A stretch of DNA of 64,000 nt from assembly GCA_964016885.1 (NCBI GenBank), contig OZ024758.1, positions 19,158,001 to 19,222,000 on the forward strand, read 5' to 3'. Under the pieces are notes generated by a model. It worked only from the letters and a program-made list of their open reading frames with translations, made no database searches and was not told the origin of the DNA. Position 1 is the first letter of the stretch. Every line of letters begins with the position of its first letter. This stretch comes from Eledone cirrhosa. Its lineage: Eukaryota. The position numbers and the translations under genes are program-made. This document shows positions 1 to 12,261 of this stretch, piece by piece.

Positions 1-2
1 AA

Positions 3-294
3 CATGCACGGGCAACTTTCTTCGAGAAATGTGCCGCATGCGATATGGCTCATCATCAGGCGAGCCGCAAGCGTTGATTTACATTCGTGCCCACATAAAA
101 AAAAAACGACGGTAACTCAGGTTGTTTTAATTTTTCTCTTCAGAATTCGTACACGTTGTTTTCCGTGATCATAAAAATTATAGAAAGAAAAAATTACGAA
201 TGAAAATTTGGGGTAAAATAATCAGAAAGATTTCACTTAGGTGTCTTAGGTGAGTCATTCAGAAAGCTTCGCGGCCGCAGGTTGCCCATGACTA
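3..294. mobile_element. Degenerate hAT (Charlie-like) non-autonomous DNA transposon / MITE
   Basis: The right end GCGGCCGCAGGTTGCCCATGACTA resembles Charlie-type terminal inverted repeats. It is imperfectly mirrored by CATGCACGGGCAACTT at the left end and followed by TTCTAGAA, which fits the NTCTAGAN target preference. The left target-site duplication lies outside the window. Confidence 0.5.
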
Positions 295-635
295 TTCTAG
301 AAGGTAAATCTGAGACACTATTAAAGCCAATTACGTTGACCTCTTCATATTCGATACATGTACTGATGTTCAGTGAAAGAATCGGTATATTACAAGGCAC
401 TGGCATAATATGACTAAATCAGCTGACTGGTGTATTGCAAGAACATGGTTGGACATAGTCAAAAAAAGATTCTCGTTCCTTGCACTGCATCATATACAGA
501 AAGGAATTTAAGTTATATACTAGGTGTAAACGTCAGGTTAGTTCCAGCCATTTGTGAGAGAATTATCAAGTTATAGCAATTCTCAAAAGTACAATTCAAC
601 CAACATGAATGTGTGTTTGTAAGTATGTACGTGTG

Positions 636-680
<45 letters not shown>

Positions 681-828
681 ATGCTTTGGGAGGGTCATGT
701 TGCCAATAAGAAACACACGCACAAGTCGCTTTCACTCCAATTTATTATGAATTTAATTCATAAATTTAAGAATTTATAAATTTCCGGTTGGTTGTTAGGT
801 TCCACAACCGGACGGTTGTTCACATATT

Positions 829-871
829 GCCAAACTTCGTTCGTCACACATTATGTGACCTCTTCAGTGAC
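829..871 (-). ncRNA. Minimal hammerhead ribozyme motif, left arm (GAAA mutated to GAAC)
   Basis: Minus strand: gtca CTGAAGA g gtcaca taatg tgtgac GAAC gaag TT tggc. Confidence 0.55.
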
Positions 872-1078
872 TGGGGATTCTTTTCTTTGTTTTTGTACCT
901 CTCCTTTGTTCTGTCCTACGCTATCTTGTTTTTGTGTGTGTTGTGTGCTTAGTTTGCGCATGTGTTACATCCGGGTGTCTGAGTGTGTTTATATTTATTT
1001 ATTTATTTGTTTATTTGCATGTTACTGGTTGTTTGATTGGTCTTCGTGTGTGTGTGTTTTCATGTTGCCCTCAATTGA

Positions 1079-1407
1079 ACTAGAAATGTAATATATAGCA
1101 TAAGATGTACTGAAGGGACATGTAGAGATAAGAATATAGTGTACACAGGTGAGACAGTTCGTAGTATAGGGGAACGGATAAATGAACACTTGCGAGAGCT
1201 TCAAGATAGAAAATAATCATCTGTACTCCACCAACAAGCTAATATAGAACATAAGGTAAATTAGAGAACATAGAAATAAAAATAGAATCTACACACATAA
1301 AAGACGCCATGTTTAGACAAATCACAGAGGCAATAAACATAAATGAACTCCAACCAAAATTAAATAGAAAACATAAATGGAATAGCAACATCACAACTTA
1401 CAATTAA
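1079..1407 (+). pseudogene. Disrupted GIY-YIG endonuclease domain of a Penelope-like element
   Basis: Manual translation gives TRNVIYSIRCTEGTCRDKNIVYTGETVRSIGERINEHLRELQDRK*SSVLHQQANIEH, then after a frameshift LENIEIKIESTHIKDAMFRQITEAININELQPKLNRKHKWN. This aligns with ORF 63003..63407(-). Confidence 0.85.
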
Positions 1408-1607
1408 GGACAACATGAAAACATACGGACACATATAACAAACAAACAACCAGTAACATGTAAATAAACAAATAAATAAACAAATATAAACACACACAGA
1501 CACCCGGATGTAAGACATGCGCAAACTAAGCACGCAACACACACAAAAACGAGATGGCGTAGGACAGAAGAAAAGGAGAGGCACAAAAACATAGAAAATG
1601 ATGCCCA

Positions 1608-1650
1608 GTCACTGAAGAGGTCACAGAATGTCTGACGAAAGAACATTGAC
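1608..1650 (+). ncRNA. Minimal hammerhead ribozyme motif, right arm (U16.1 mutated to A)
   Basis: gtca CTGAAGA g gtca..tgac GAAA gaac AT tgac. Helix I is gtca/tgac. Confidence 0.55.
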
Positions 1651-1820
1651 AATATATGAACAACCGTCAAGTTGTGGAACCCACAAACAATTCGGAAATT
1701 TATAAATTCTTAAATTTATAAATTGAATTTATAATAAATTGAGTGAAAACAACTGGTGCGTAGTTTCTTATTGGCAATATGACCCTCCAAAAGCATAACA
1801 ATATCGGTTTCAACACACGT

Positions 1821-2560
<740 letters not shown>

Positions 2561-3067
2561 CTAATTTATTTATTTATTTATTAATATATATATATTCTAT
2601 GAATCTAGCTTTCCAAGTCATTCCCATCAATGAGTGTACGTTTTTATTCAGTCAAGATATTAATGCTTTTATCTACATTCTATGTTTGAAAGATATGTTT
2701 AATATCTTACTAATTAGCTATTCTTTTATATTTTTTTGCATTCTTCACCGACACCTCATCCTCTACCTGTCACTTTATGATTTCTTCTCTCTTTCTTTTC
2801 GTCTCTGTTTTTGTCTCTATCTCGCTTTCATTGCCTGGTTCTCTATCTCGTTCTGTCTCTAACATATTCTCTATTTTTCATGCTATCTTTCTCCCTTTCC
2901 GTCTATAGTGATAAGCGGATTTAATTGTCAGAGAGAAGATAGACAGTCAAAGAAAGTATCCATATACATAAATATATTTATAAATCAAACGTATAGAGGC
3001 GAGAAAGAAAACCACTATCGCTCATTGTTAGTGTTTGAGTGGGTATATGCATACACTACCACCACCG

Positions 3068-3170
<103 letters not shown>

Positions 3171-3489
3171 GCGCGTGTAAGTTTGTGTGTGTAGGTGAAT
3201 ATATTTATAACTCAATATTATTTCTAGATATTTTTACCTCACTTCTTTTCTCTCCATTCCAACAATTAGTTGTTTTGGTCAAAGACATTGCTGTCTTCAT
3301 CCTCGGAAGGAAAGGCGTGCTGTGTGTGTCAGGCGTGACATTTAAAATAGCATACATACTAACGAAATCGAATAAGAAAGCTATTAAGAGTCAGTTACTC
3401 TTAAACTCTTGCCTTCATTCATTTAAGAAAGTTTCTAATGGGCGGAGACATTTAGGGTCGTTGTATCGTTGGATTAAATGCCCTTTACG

Positions 3490-3890
3490 TGTTCTGACTC
3501 TTTGCATTCAGTTCGAATACCAACTATGATTTCAGCTATTTGGTTTAGCTAAGTTAGGAGTTCAGGATTGGTACATTGGAGCTGCTGTTAAAAAATCAGA
3601 CATGTTATTCTGACACTCTGCATTCTGAGATCTAATCCTAACTATGATTTCAGCAATTCGGTGTCGATATGTTAGCAGTTCAGGAATGGTACATTGAAAC
3701 TATTGTTAAAGAATCAGGCACCATGGTCTAACTCTGCATTCTGAAATCTAATCCGAACTATGATTTCAGCTATTCGGTGTCGCTCAGTAAGAAGTTTAGG
3801 AAAGGTACATTGGAGCAATTGTTAAATAATAAGGCATGAATTTTTGCGCTATCGCATCCTGGCCTGCGCCTTCTGAGTTCAAATCATACC
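3490..3890 (+). repeat. Diverged tandem array of about 3 units of ~117 bp, probably SINE-derived
   Basis: AACTATGATTTCAGC recurs at 3522, 3640 and 3756. Units contain CTGCATTCTGAGATCTAATCC, which resembles the SINE B-box region. Confidence 0.75.
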
Positions 3891-4123
3891 TTCTATCCTT
3901 TACATGTTTTCTTTATTAATGGATAATTTGTCGAATCAAGGCAAAGCATAATGAATAATATGAGACGCAAATAGAATGGAATAATTCATGCAGAGAGTAA
4001 TACATGTGTTGTTGTTGATAAAAGCATAAAATGAAACGTTGGATGGAACAGTGTTATACAGGGCTATTATAATATAGCAGCTAGATTACAGCTTGGTGGA
4101 CTGTGTTCAATAATGATACATGC

Positions 4124-4163
<40 letters not shown>

Positions 4164-4350
4164 GATATATATTATATATTATATATATACAGTCCCATAT
4201 ATATATATATATATATATAGTGTATATATATATATCCATGTATATAGATATATATATATATATATGTGTGTGTGTGAATATATATATATGTGTGTGTGTG
4301 AATATATATATATATATATGTGTGTGAATATATATATATATATATATGTG

Positions 4351-4490
<140 letters not shown>

Positions 4491-4514
4491 TATATATATA
4501 TATATATATATATA

Positions 4515-4630
4515 CGAAATATTAACAAATGGAAACTATATTTATAAAACCATATTTATTTCATACATATTTCAAACACACTATGTTAAATTAGAAGCGC
4601 TTTCATCAGATAAAATATAATATAGATCAG
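4515..4630 (-). mobile_element. Short HHR-bearing Penelope-like pLTR fragment (family D)
   Basis: Minus strand: ttttat CTGATGA aagcgc...gtgttt GAAA tatgta tgaaa, at 4559-4615. Compared with the second copy at 35562 it lacks 2 nt at the cleavage site. It abuts (TA)n. Confidence 0.6.
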
Positions 4631-4708
4631 ATAAATATAATATATAATACAGATCAGATAAATATAATATATACATATACAAATATATATATATATACAT
4701 ATATATAT

Positions 4709-4900
4709 AAAAGAGAAACACAGGTAAGCATTAAGAGAAGGATTTTATCCAGGTATTTACGACCGTTTCGTTGGTAAGTGCAACCTTTATTTGCTATACT
4801 GCAAATATCAGCCACTCAATTATAAATGAAACCATCCATTAAACTGGCTTTCTTAACCACGAACTGGATCACAAAAAGTAATTTTCTGCTTCCCTAACTA
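4709..4900 (-). mobile_element. Probable decayed pLTR fragment with a degenerate HHR
   Basis: Minus strand: CAAATAA ag gttg cacttac caac GAAA cgg TC gt. The 5' core is decayed. It lies between (TA)n tracts. Confidence 0.35.
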
Positions 4901-4911
4901 CATATATATAT

Positions 4912-5057
4912 GTAGCTCTGGACTGATTTTGCCGTCGAAACGGCTTCTGCTAAGCCGTCTGGGTCCTACTTGTACCTATTACCCACGCTACTACCCTAAG
5001 TATTGAGTACTTTGGTGCGTTATGGTCCATCTGGTTCCCTACCACGTTTCCTTCGTT
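4912..5057 (+). mobile_element. Short (TA)n-inserted repeat, family A (putative Penelope-like pLTR tail)
   Basis: GCCGTCGAAACGGC...CCCTAAGTATTGAGTACTTTGGTGCGTTATGGTCCA..GGTTCC..ACCAC..TTCCTTCGTT. Homologous copies at 8468, 20905, 36179, 62264 and 63863. Confidence 0.7.
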
Positions 5058-5171
5058 ATATATATATATACTTAAATATACATATACAGTATATACATGC
5101 ACACACTCACACTCACCAATATATATATATATATATATGCATATATGCATACACTCATACACACATACATA

Positions 5172-5309
<138 letters not shown>

Positions 5310-6394
5310 TATTCATACGATATATAAACACATATTTATAAATGTAGCGTTGAACAAACTTTACCTGTCAGTATATTTGATAAATGTTATATCTCGAGAG
5401 ATGTTCGTGAAACAGGACGTTTTCAGATTCGGAGAAATCATGCTAGCCTCTATCTTGAAGTCAAGAAGAGCAGTAACCTCTGTCTAATAAATGCACCATG
5501 AAGATTAATTGTGAATATATTTTGCTCCCTTGTACCTAATCGATATCGATCTATTACTTAGATTAGACAATTCTAACAATATGGTATCTGACATAAGGGA
5601 CTGTAATTGTGTCACCTACATTACTCAGATTCGCATTAACCAAGTATATATAGATAAAAACTAATTCACCATTTCATTCAGATGTCCATGGGTGTATGTA
5701 TATACGCTAACACGCACATTCATATATGCACATAGACATATGCACATTATCTGTTTTTCTCTCTCTCTCTGTATCTCTTGTTCGCTCTCTTTCTCTCTCT
5801 CTCTTTGTCTTTCTCTTTCTCTCTCTATCTGTCTCTCTCTATGTTTCACATCTCTCTATCTCTCTCTTCTTTCTCGCTCTCTCTATCTTCTTTTCTCTCT
5901 CTCTCTCTCTCTCACTCTATCTCTCACCCTCTATCTCCTCCTCTCTCTATGTGTACAGGTTTGTACATGTGTTGGATCTCCGTCTGATTCGATGATCAAT
6001 ATTCCAGTTGTTTTATCAAACAGAACTGCCACCTCGGAAAATGTACGTGCAATTGGGGGAGCATTAAATAAAAACCATCACCATCGTGACGTAAGATAGT
6101 TGGAGATAAATATATGGCTGAAACTATTCTTTACACAGTCGATTCCTTCCGATTTACACAAAAAAGAGTTAGACAGACAAATAGATAAATATAACAGAGT
6201 GTTGTAGTTGCTTGAAGGATTTTTGAATAAGAAACACAAATTCAATGCACAAGAAAGAAAATAGAGATTTCTAAAATAACAAAAGAATCTTACCTCATCA
6301 AATTTGCAACGGTAAGATTATTTTGTTACCTTAGCAATCTTCGTTTTCATTGTAGAGCATCGTATTGTTTTGAAAAATTATATATATATATATA

Positions 6395-6688
6395 TGGAGA
6401 ATATGGTAGCTGTGCAGTTGCTAGTAAGTTAGGCTTAAAAATGCAATGAGAGTAAGATGAAAGCAAGAATGGGGTGCGGGGAATTTTCCTCGTCAGTTGC
6501 CTCCTGGGGTTCTGGGATATTTCAACGTTTTAAAGACAAAATATCCGAGACCCACAGGAGACAACTGACGAGGAAAAGTCCCCCCCCCCACACACACACT
6601 CCGTTCTTGCTTCCTCCTTACTCTCATTAAATTGTTAAGCCGAACTTTATAGCATATATATATGCTATAAAGTTCTCCATATTCTCCA
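6395..6688. repeat. Diverged fold-back element in (TA)n
   Basis: 6420-6522 pairs with 6539-6653, and the termini TGGAGAATATGG / CCATATTCTCCA match. The left end is duplicated at about 6701-6747. It contains CTGACGA-GGAAAATTCC but no downstream GAAA. Confidence 0.75.
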
Positions 6689-8004
6689 TATATATATATA
6701 TGGAGAATATGGTGGCTGTGCAGTTGCTAGTAAGTTAAGCTTTAAAATAATCGACCCCAGTATTGGGTTGATACTTAATCCTGTGACTTTAAGATGTTAA
6801 ATTATAAAGTTGACCAGGCCGGGTTTTGAACTTAGGTCTCAAATATCCGAAACAAATATTGCAAGGAAGGCTTGCTATTTAATGTTCTAACACCTTTGGC
6901 AATTCAAGGCCTCAAACTATTACGCATACACAAATATTACGAAGCGTTGAAAGTCGAGCATCTCTGCTTTCTGCACAAATGTAAAAGTTACATGTCATCC
7001 TAGCTTCGGCGTGACTGAAATTGTTAGTGTTCAATTATATATTAATTATACATTTAACGGTAAGCACTATATAACATTTAATTACTACTTTATTAGGGAT
7101 CCAGTATGCCGATGGCTAATAGACATAAACGTGTGGTGGTAGGAGTGGTGACATTAACAGTAATTGGGATATTTTAGATAAGAGAAATTCTTATGCTTCG
7201 GCATGGACATAATTTCGTGTTATTTACTTAATATCTTAAATCCTGTGTTGATAATCTAATCTTGGTTAGAAAAACACTGCATCGCTTTGATCAATGGAAT
7301 TTATGGTCACAGTGTCAACAATACTCCAGTGTATGAGAATGTTATTAATCCTATACTTCTCTGGTTTTCCTTTCTATTGAATAGTCAAACGTGTTATGCT
7401 CTTTCATTTAGTGTAAAAGAGAAAGAAAGAGTGTTGTGTTTTCGTTGTTTTGAATGTATTACGTAGGCCATATGTACCGTGTGTTGTTCGTTTGATATCA
7501 CCCGCAGGTGTTATATTTCGTTTATACACAAGCCTGTTTATGAGATATTTACAATTAAGAGAACATTAAGTAGATATTAAATGGAAGTGATATTGTTGAA
7601 ATTGCGTAATAGCATTTCGTTTACATTTTTATTTATATAAATTTCAGTGTTACTCAATACATGAACGCTGTGCTTCCTCAGAAAATACGGCTAATTTTAA
7701 TATTAGTTTTATTGAAGAGTCTGATATATTTATGACAGACGACGAAATGATATGTTATTAGGGGCAGGAAATAGCGATCTCCATTGGTTGCTCATATATC
7801 TCAGATTATAGATTTAAGTATTATACACAAAGTTATGTAGTTTCTCAGTTATATTACCTTTGTGAGTAGTTTCCTGCACGTACCTGATTTTCTTTGAAGT
7901 CACTTCTTATTAATCTCTTTTTAAATTGTAGTAGGTGTTGATTTATTAAATGTGATGAAAGAACACAGGTATCTCACAAATAAATTATGTGAATACTTTC
8001 TTAT

Positions 8005-8035
<31 letters not shown>

Positions 8036-8128
8036 TGTGTGTGGGCGTGTTGTGTGTGTGTGAGTGCCCAAGCATATACAGAAGTGCACAAGCAGACATG
8101 CACTACCACCACCCACACGCATACACAG

Positions 8129-8209
<81 letters not shown>

Positions 8210-8425
8210 TATAGGTGCGTGTTTATTTGTATGCAAACACAGTAATATGAACAAGCATTATAGTTGAACACTTGATAGAATAGAATATATGTATATTATA
8301 AAAAGTCGGTAAGACGACAGCTGAGCTCTTAGCCTTACATCACCCGGATGAATAATACTCTACTACCCCTAGTTTCTAGTATATTCTCGTGAGTAAGTGT
8401 CTAACTAGTTTGATACTTATTGCAC

Positions 8426-8467
<42 letters not shown>

Positions 8468-8469
<2 letters not shown>

Positions 8470-8656
8470 CGAAGGAAATGTGGTAAGGAACCAGGTGGAC
8501 CATAACGCACCAAAGTACTCAATACTTAGGGTAGTAGAGTGGGTAATAGGAACAAGTAAGACCCCGACGGCTGAGCTCAAGCCGTTTCGACGGCTAATTC
8601 AGTACTGAATTAGCCGTCGAAACGGCTTGAGCTCAGCCGTCGGGGTCTTACTTGTT

Positions 8657-8661
<5 letters not shown>
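8468..8661 (-). mobile_element. Family A copy with a 116-bp perfect palindrome (8546-8661)
   Basis: 58-bp arms with no spacer, centred on CAGT|ACTG. Both sides end in (TA)n. Confidence 0.85.
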
Positions 8662-8693
<32 letters not shown>

Positions 8694-8698
<5 letters not shown>

Positions 8699-8832
8699 TT
8701 ATTTCTACTTTTGGCACAAGGCCAGCAATTATCCCAGTGCATTACTGGTACACTTCATTTTATCGCCCTCGTAAGGATAACAGGCAAAGTTAACCTCGGC
8801 GGGATTTGAACTCAGAACGTAAATAGCAATAG
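8694..8832 (-). mobile_element. tRNA-derived SINE with Meta-like core, 5'-truncated
   Basis: Reverse complement of the family consensus GAGTTCAAATCCCGCCGAGGTTAACTTTGCCTTTCATCCTTACGGGGTCGATAAAATAAAGTACCAG...GGCCTTGTGCCAAAAGTAGAAACAATT. Confidence 0.85.
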
Positions 8833-9122
8833 GACGATGGTTAAGCCTTCATTACATTTATTGATTGGCGACGCAAATTTCGCTATGGATCAGTTCAATA
8901 TGGATCAGGTGATCTCGACGGATTCTGGAATCAAAGGCTTAACAAATCCACCTTTAATTATTATATTATTACATTACCACTAATGTACTGGGGTAATTGC
9001 TGGCCTTGTGCCATAAGTAGAAACACTATATTACATTACACTCTGTCTAGATCTACATTTCGCCACTGACGTGAACATAAACATCGTGTGCTCCCCTGGT
9101 AACTTCACTTTACAACCCCATG

Positions 9123-9187
<65 letters not shown>

Positions 9188-9784
9188 TGTATGGATGGAT
9201 GTATGTATGTATGTATGTATGTATTTATATAATGTGTGTATATTTTAAGGATATGGTATAATCATAAGAGCCGATCGTGAAATCTAACTAAGGGAACGAT
9301 GCATGTATTGGTTTTTCTGTTGTTGATACTATTTACCTGCCAAAACTCCTGGCAGAATGAGAGAGAATTTGAACTCAGAAAGCAAATGGCAGATCAGATA
9401 CTGCGGACTTCTCGGCCGATTCTTTAATATATAATACTGGGTTTAGATTGGCAAACATTGTATCAAGCTCTCATTGTTGATCTCCATTTAATCAATGCAA
9501 CATAAAAAGTTCAGCGGTTATCAGCACCAGCATAGAGGGGCTAATTTTCTTTTGAAATCGGAACACGCACATATACAGACACGCCTGATAAATGGTTATG
9601 TGAGTAGTAGCGTTATTAAAAGCCAGGGGCCATTAATAGACATTCAATTATTTATAACAAAGGAGTATTATTTGATAAAGTTTAGGTTCGGCTACGAATA
9701 TCAACTTTTGTAGGTAGGGCGTAACTAGCTTCAAGCAAACTTATATTATATTATATGTTAAATATGATTCCAAATATAAAGATA

Positions 9785-9825
<41 letters not shown>

Positions 9826-9838
9826 TAATAATAATAAT

Positions 9839-10019
9839 AATTGTTTCTACTTTTGGCACAAGGCCAACAAATTACCCAGTGCATTACTGGTACTTTATTT
9901 TATCGACCCCGTAAGGATGAAAGGCGGAGTTAACCTCGGCGGGATTTGAACTCAGAATGGCAAGGGCAGTAACTCTATGCGTTAAAGCATGGCGTCCGAC
10001 CTTCTACCGATACTGCCAA
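9839..10019 (-). mobile_element. Meta-like SINE, near full length
   Basis: A-box-like TGGCAGTATCGG, B-box GAGTTCAAATCC, Meta-like core, and (ATT)n tail. Confidence 0.9.
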
Positions 10020-10035
10020 CCTTATAATAATAATA

Positions 10036-10249
10036 ATGGTTTCTAATATAGGCACAAGGCCAGTAATTTGGGGGAAGGGGAAGTCGAATAAATTGACCCC
10101 AGTGCGTGACTGGTACTTTATTTTATCGACCCCGTAAGGATGAAAGGCAAAGTTAACCTCGGCGGGATTTGAACTCAGACCGTAAAGGACCGTAACTCTA
10201 TGCTGTAAAGCATGGCGTCCGACCCTCTACCGATACTGCCAATCCAATC
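10036..10249 (-). mobile_element. Meta-like SINE, long variant
   Basis: Same family, with an extra GGGGTCAAT...TCGACTTCCCCTTCCCC segment. Confidence 0.9.
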
Positions 10250-10261
10250 ATATAATAATAA

Positions 10262-10361
10262 TGAAGACTAAAACCCAAAGAGGGCTCGATAAAGATAAGT
10301 ATATATCAAATGTATAAGAACATTAGAGCAAATATTTATTAAAATAAACTTTAATCTGTTA

Positions 10362-10368
<7 letters not shown>
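10262..10368 (-). mobile_element. Short pLTR-like tail fragment (family G) with a small terminal fold-back
   Basis: Reverse complement of 62140-62237. Ends in ATTAAAATAA...TTATTTTAAT next to (TA)n. Confidence 0.6.
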
Positions 10369-10410
<42 letters not shown>

Positions 10411-10497
10411 GTATATACATGCATATATGTACATTTCTATACACACACAAAACATATATCTATCAAACTATCTATCTATCTATCCATTTATCTATAT

Positions 10498-10679
10498 AAT
10501 TATTTCTACTTTTTGCACAAGGCCAGCAATAACAAAGTACATTACTGGTACTTTATTTTATCTACCCCGTAAGGATGATAGGCAAAGTTAACTTCGGCTG
10601 GATTTGAAATCAGAATGGCAAAGGCCGTAACTATATGTGTCAAAGCATGGCGTCCGACCCTCTACCGATACTGCCAAAT
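10498..10679 (-). mobile_element. Meta-like SINE (head-to-head with the next copy)
   Basis: Matches the family consensus. Confidence 0.9.
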
Positions 10680-10695
10680 ATTATTTATTTATTAA

Positions 10696-10883
10696 GGGGC
10701 GGTGAATTGGCAGTATCGGTCGAGAGTCGGACACCAAGCTTTCCAGCATAGTTACGTCTCTTTATGGTCTGATTTCAAATCCCGCCGAGGCTAACTTTGC
10801 CTTTCATCCTTACGGGGTCGATAAAATATAGTACCAGTAATATACTGACTAATTGCTGGCCTTGTGTCAAAAGTAGAAACATT
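10696..10883 (+). mobile_element. Meta-like SINE, full length
   Basis: GGGGCGGTGAATTGGCAGTATCGG...GTAGAAAC. Confidence 0.9.
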
Positions 10884-11036
10884 TATTTATGTTCATACAC
10901 GGAACAAGAGCGCTATCCAACGTTTCAAGGTCTAAATGTAACCATACCTCTCGAACACCAGAGGCATATAATAAACTCGTGAATCTTTGATTCTGGCAGT
11001 AGGTGTGCATTTTGTATATGCGCGTGCACTTTGACG

Positions 11037-11180
11037 GGTAGAGTTACGGCCATTGCCATTCTGAGTTCAAATCCCGCCGAGGTCAACATTGCCTTTCATC
11101 CTTACGGGGTAGATAAAATAAAGTACCAGTAATGCACTGGTTAATTGCTGGCCTTGTGCCTAAAGTAGAAACAATTATTT
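11037..11180 (+). mobile_element. Meta-like SINE, 5'-truncated
   Basis: Matches the family consensus from GAGTTACGGCC onward. Confidence 0.9.
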
Positions 11181-11654
11181 AGCTATATTTCATTTAAATA
11201 AAAAAAAGTGTTATTATAACGTTGGTAAATTTCTCTTTCATATTCGTGTTCAGCTTTTTACAATGAAAAAAATGCTTGAAGCTCTATAAATGAAATCTTT
11301 AAATTAGATTCAATTCCTCATGTTTATTCGATTATCTCACTCAAAAGGGGGAAGGGAATAGGAAACATGAACAACAATAAATAACAACATTTCGTTAAGT
11401 AATCTAATGTGTAGATTATACAAATATAAACAACAACACCTCAGAAAACAAAACAAGAACGCCATCAACAATGAATGTATCATATATAAACCTCCTACAC
11501 ATGACAGACATATTTCAATATATCGTAATTAGAAATATAAGTACCTTGTTCACTTCTATGAAACCTGTTTTTGATTGACCGCAAATGCACTTGAATGACA
11601 TAGATTGAATGTTTTGAATCAATAACAACAACTCGAGTACTACTACTACTACTT

Positions 11655-11688
<34 letters not shown>

Positions 11689-11700
11689 TAATACTACTAC

Positions 11701-11730
<30 letters not shown>

Positions 11731-11734
<4 letters not shown>

Positions 11735-11922
11735 TGTTTCTACTTTTGGCACAAGGCCAGCAAATATCCAGTGTATTACTGGTACTTTATGTTATCGACA
11801 CCGTAAGGATGAAAGACAAAGTTAACCTCGGCGGGATTTGAACTCAGACCATAAAGGGCCGTAACTCTTTGCTGCAAAGCATGGCGTCCGACCCTCTACC
11901 GATACTGCCAATCCAACGCCCC
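11731..11922 (-). mobile_element. Meta-like SINE, full length, with (AAT)n/(ACT)n tail
   Basis: Matches the family consensus; tail at 11637-11732. Confidence 0.9.
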
Positions 11923-11941
11923 TTATTAATGACAACAAAAC

Positions 11942-12145
11942 GGAGGTGGATTGGCAGTATTGGTAGAGCGTCGGACAGTCTGCTTTGCAGCATAGAGTTA
12001 TGGCTCTTTACGTTCTCAGTTCAAATCCCGCCGAGGTTAACTTTGTCGTCGATAAGATATAGGACCAGTAATGCACTGGGGCCGATATAACCGACTATCC
12101 CCTCTCGATAAATTACTGACCTTGTGCCTATAGTAGAAATCATTA
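11942..12145 (+). mobile_element. Meta-like SINE, long variant with an internal deletion
   Basis: Matches the family consensus; head-to-head with the previous copy. Confidence 0.85.
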
Positions 12146-12201
12146 TTAATGAAAATAAGAATATGTATATTGCTGCTGCTATTGTTACTACTACTACTAC
12201 A

Positions 12202-12261
<60 letters not shown>

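Larger units (their letters stand above)
673..1804 (+). mobile_element. 5'-truncated Penelope-like element with inverted pseudo-LTRs (about 400-bp arms)
   Basis: 673-1077 is a diverged reverse complement of 1401-1804. The spacer encodes a GIY-YIG fragment. Both arms carry an HHR motif. The element is flanked by (TA)n, and its terminus ATATGACCCTCC..AAG.ATAACAA is shared with the element at 62460. Confidence 0.85.

Noticed and set aside
3522-3870. CRISPR-like regularly spaced repeat
   Set aside because: The whole ~117-bp unit is repeated, so there are no unique spacers. No cas genes are present and the context is eukaryotic.
6560-6600. CTGACGAGGAAAA as a hammerhead ribozyme
   Set aside because: Neither arm has GAAA after the putative helix II; kept only as a fold-back repeat.
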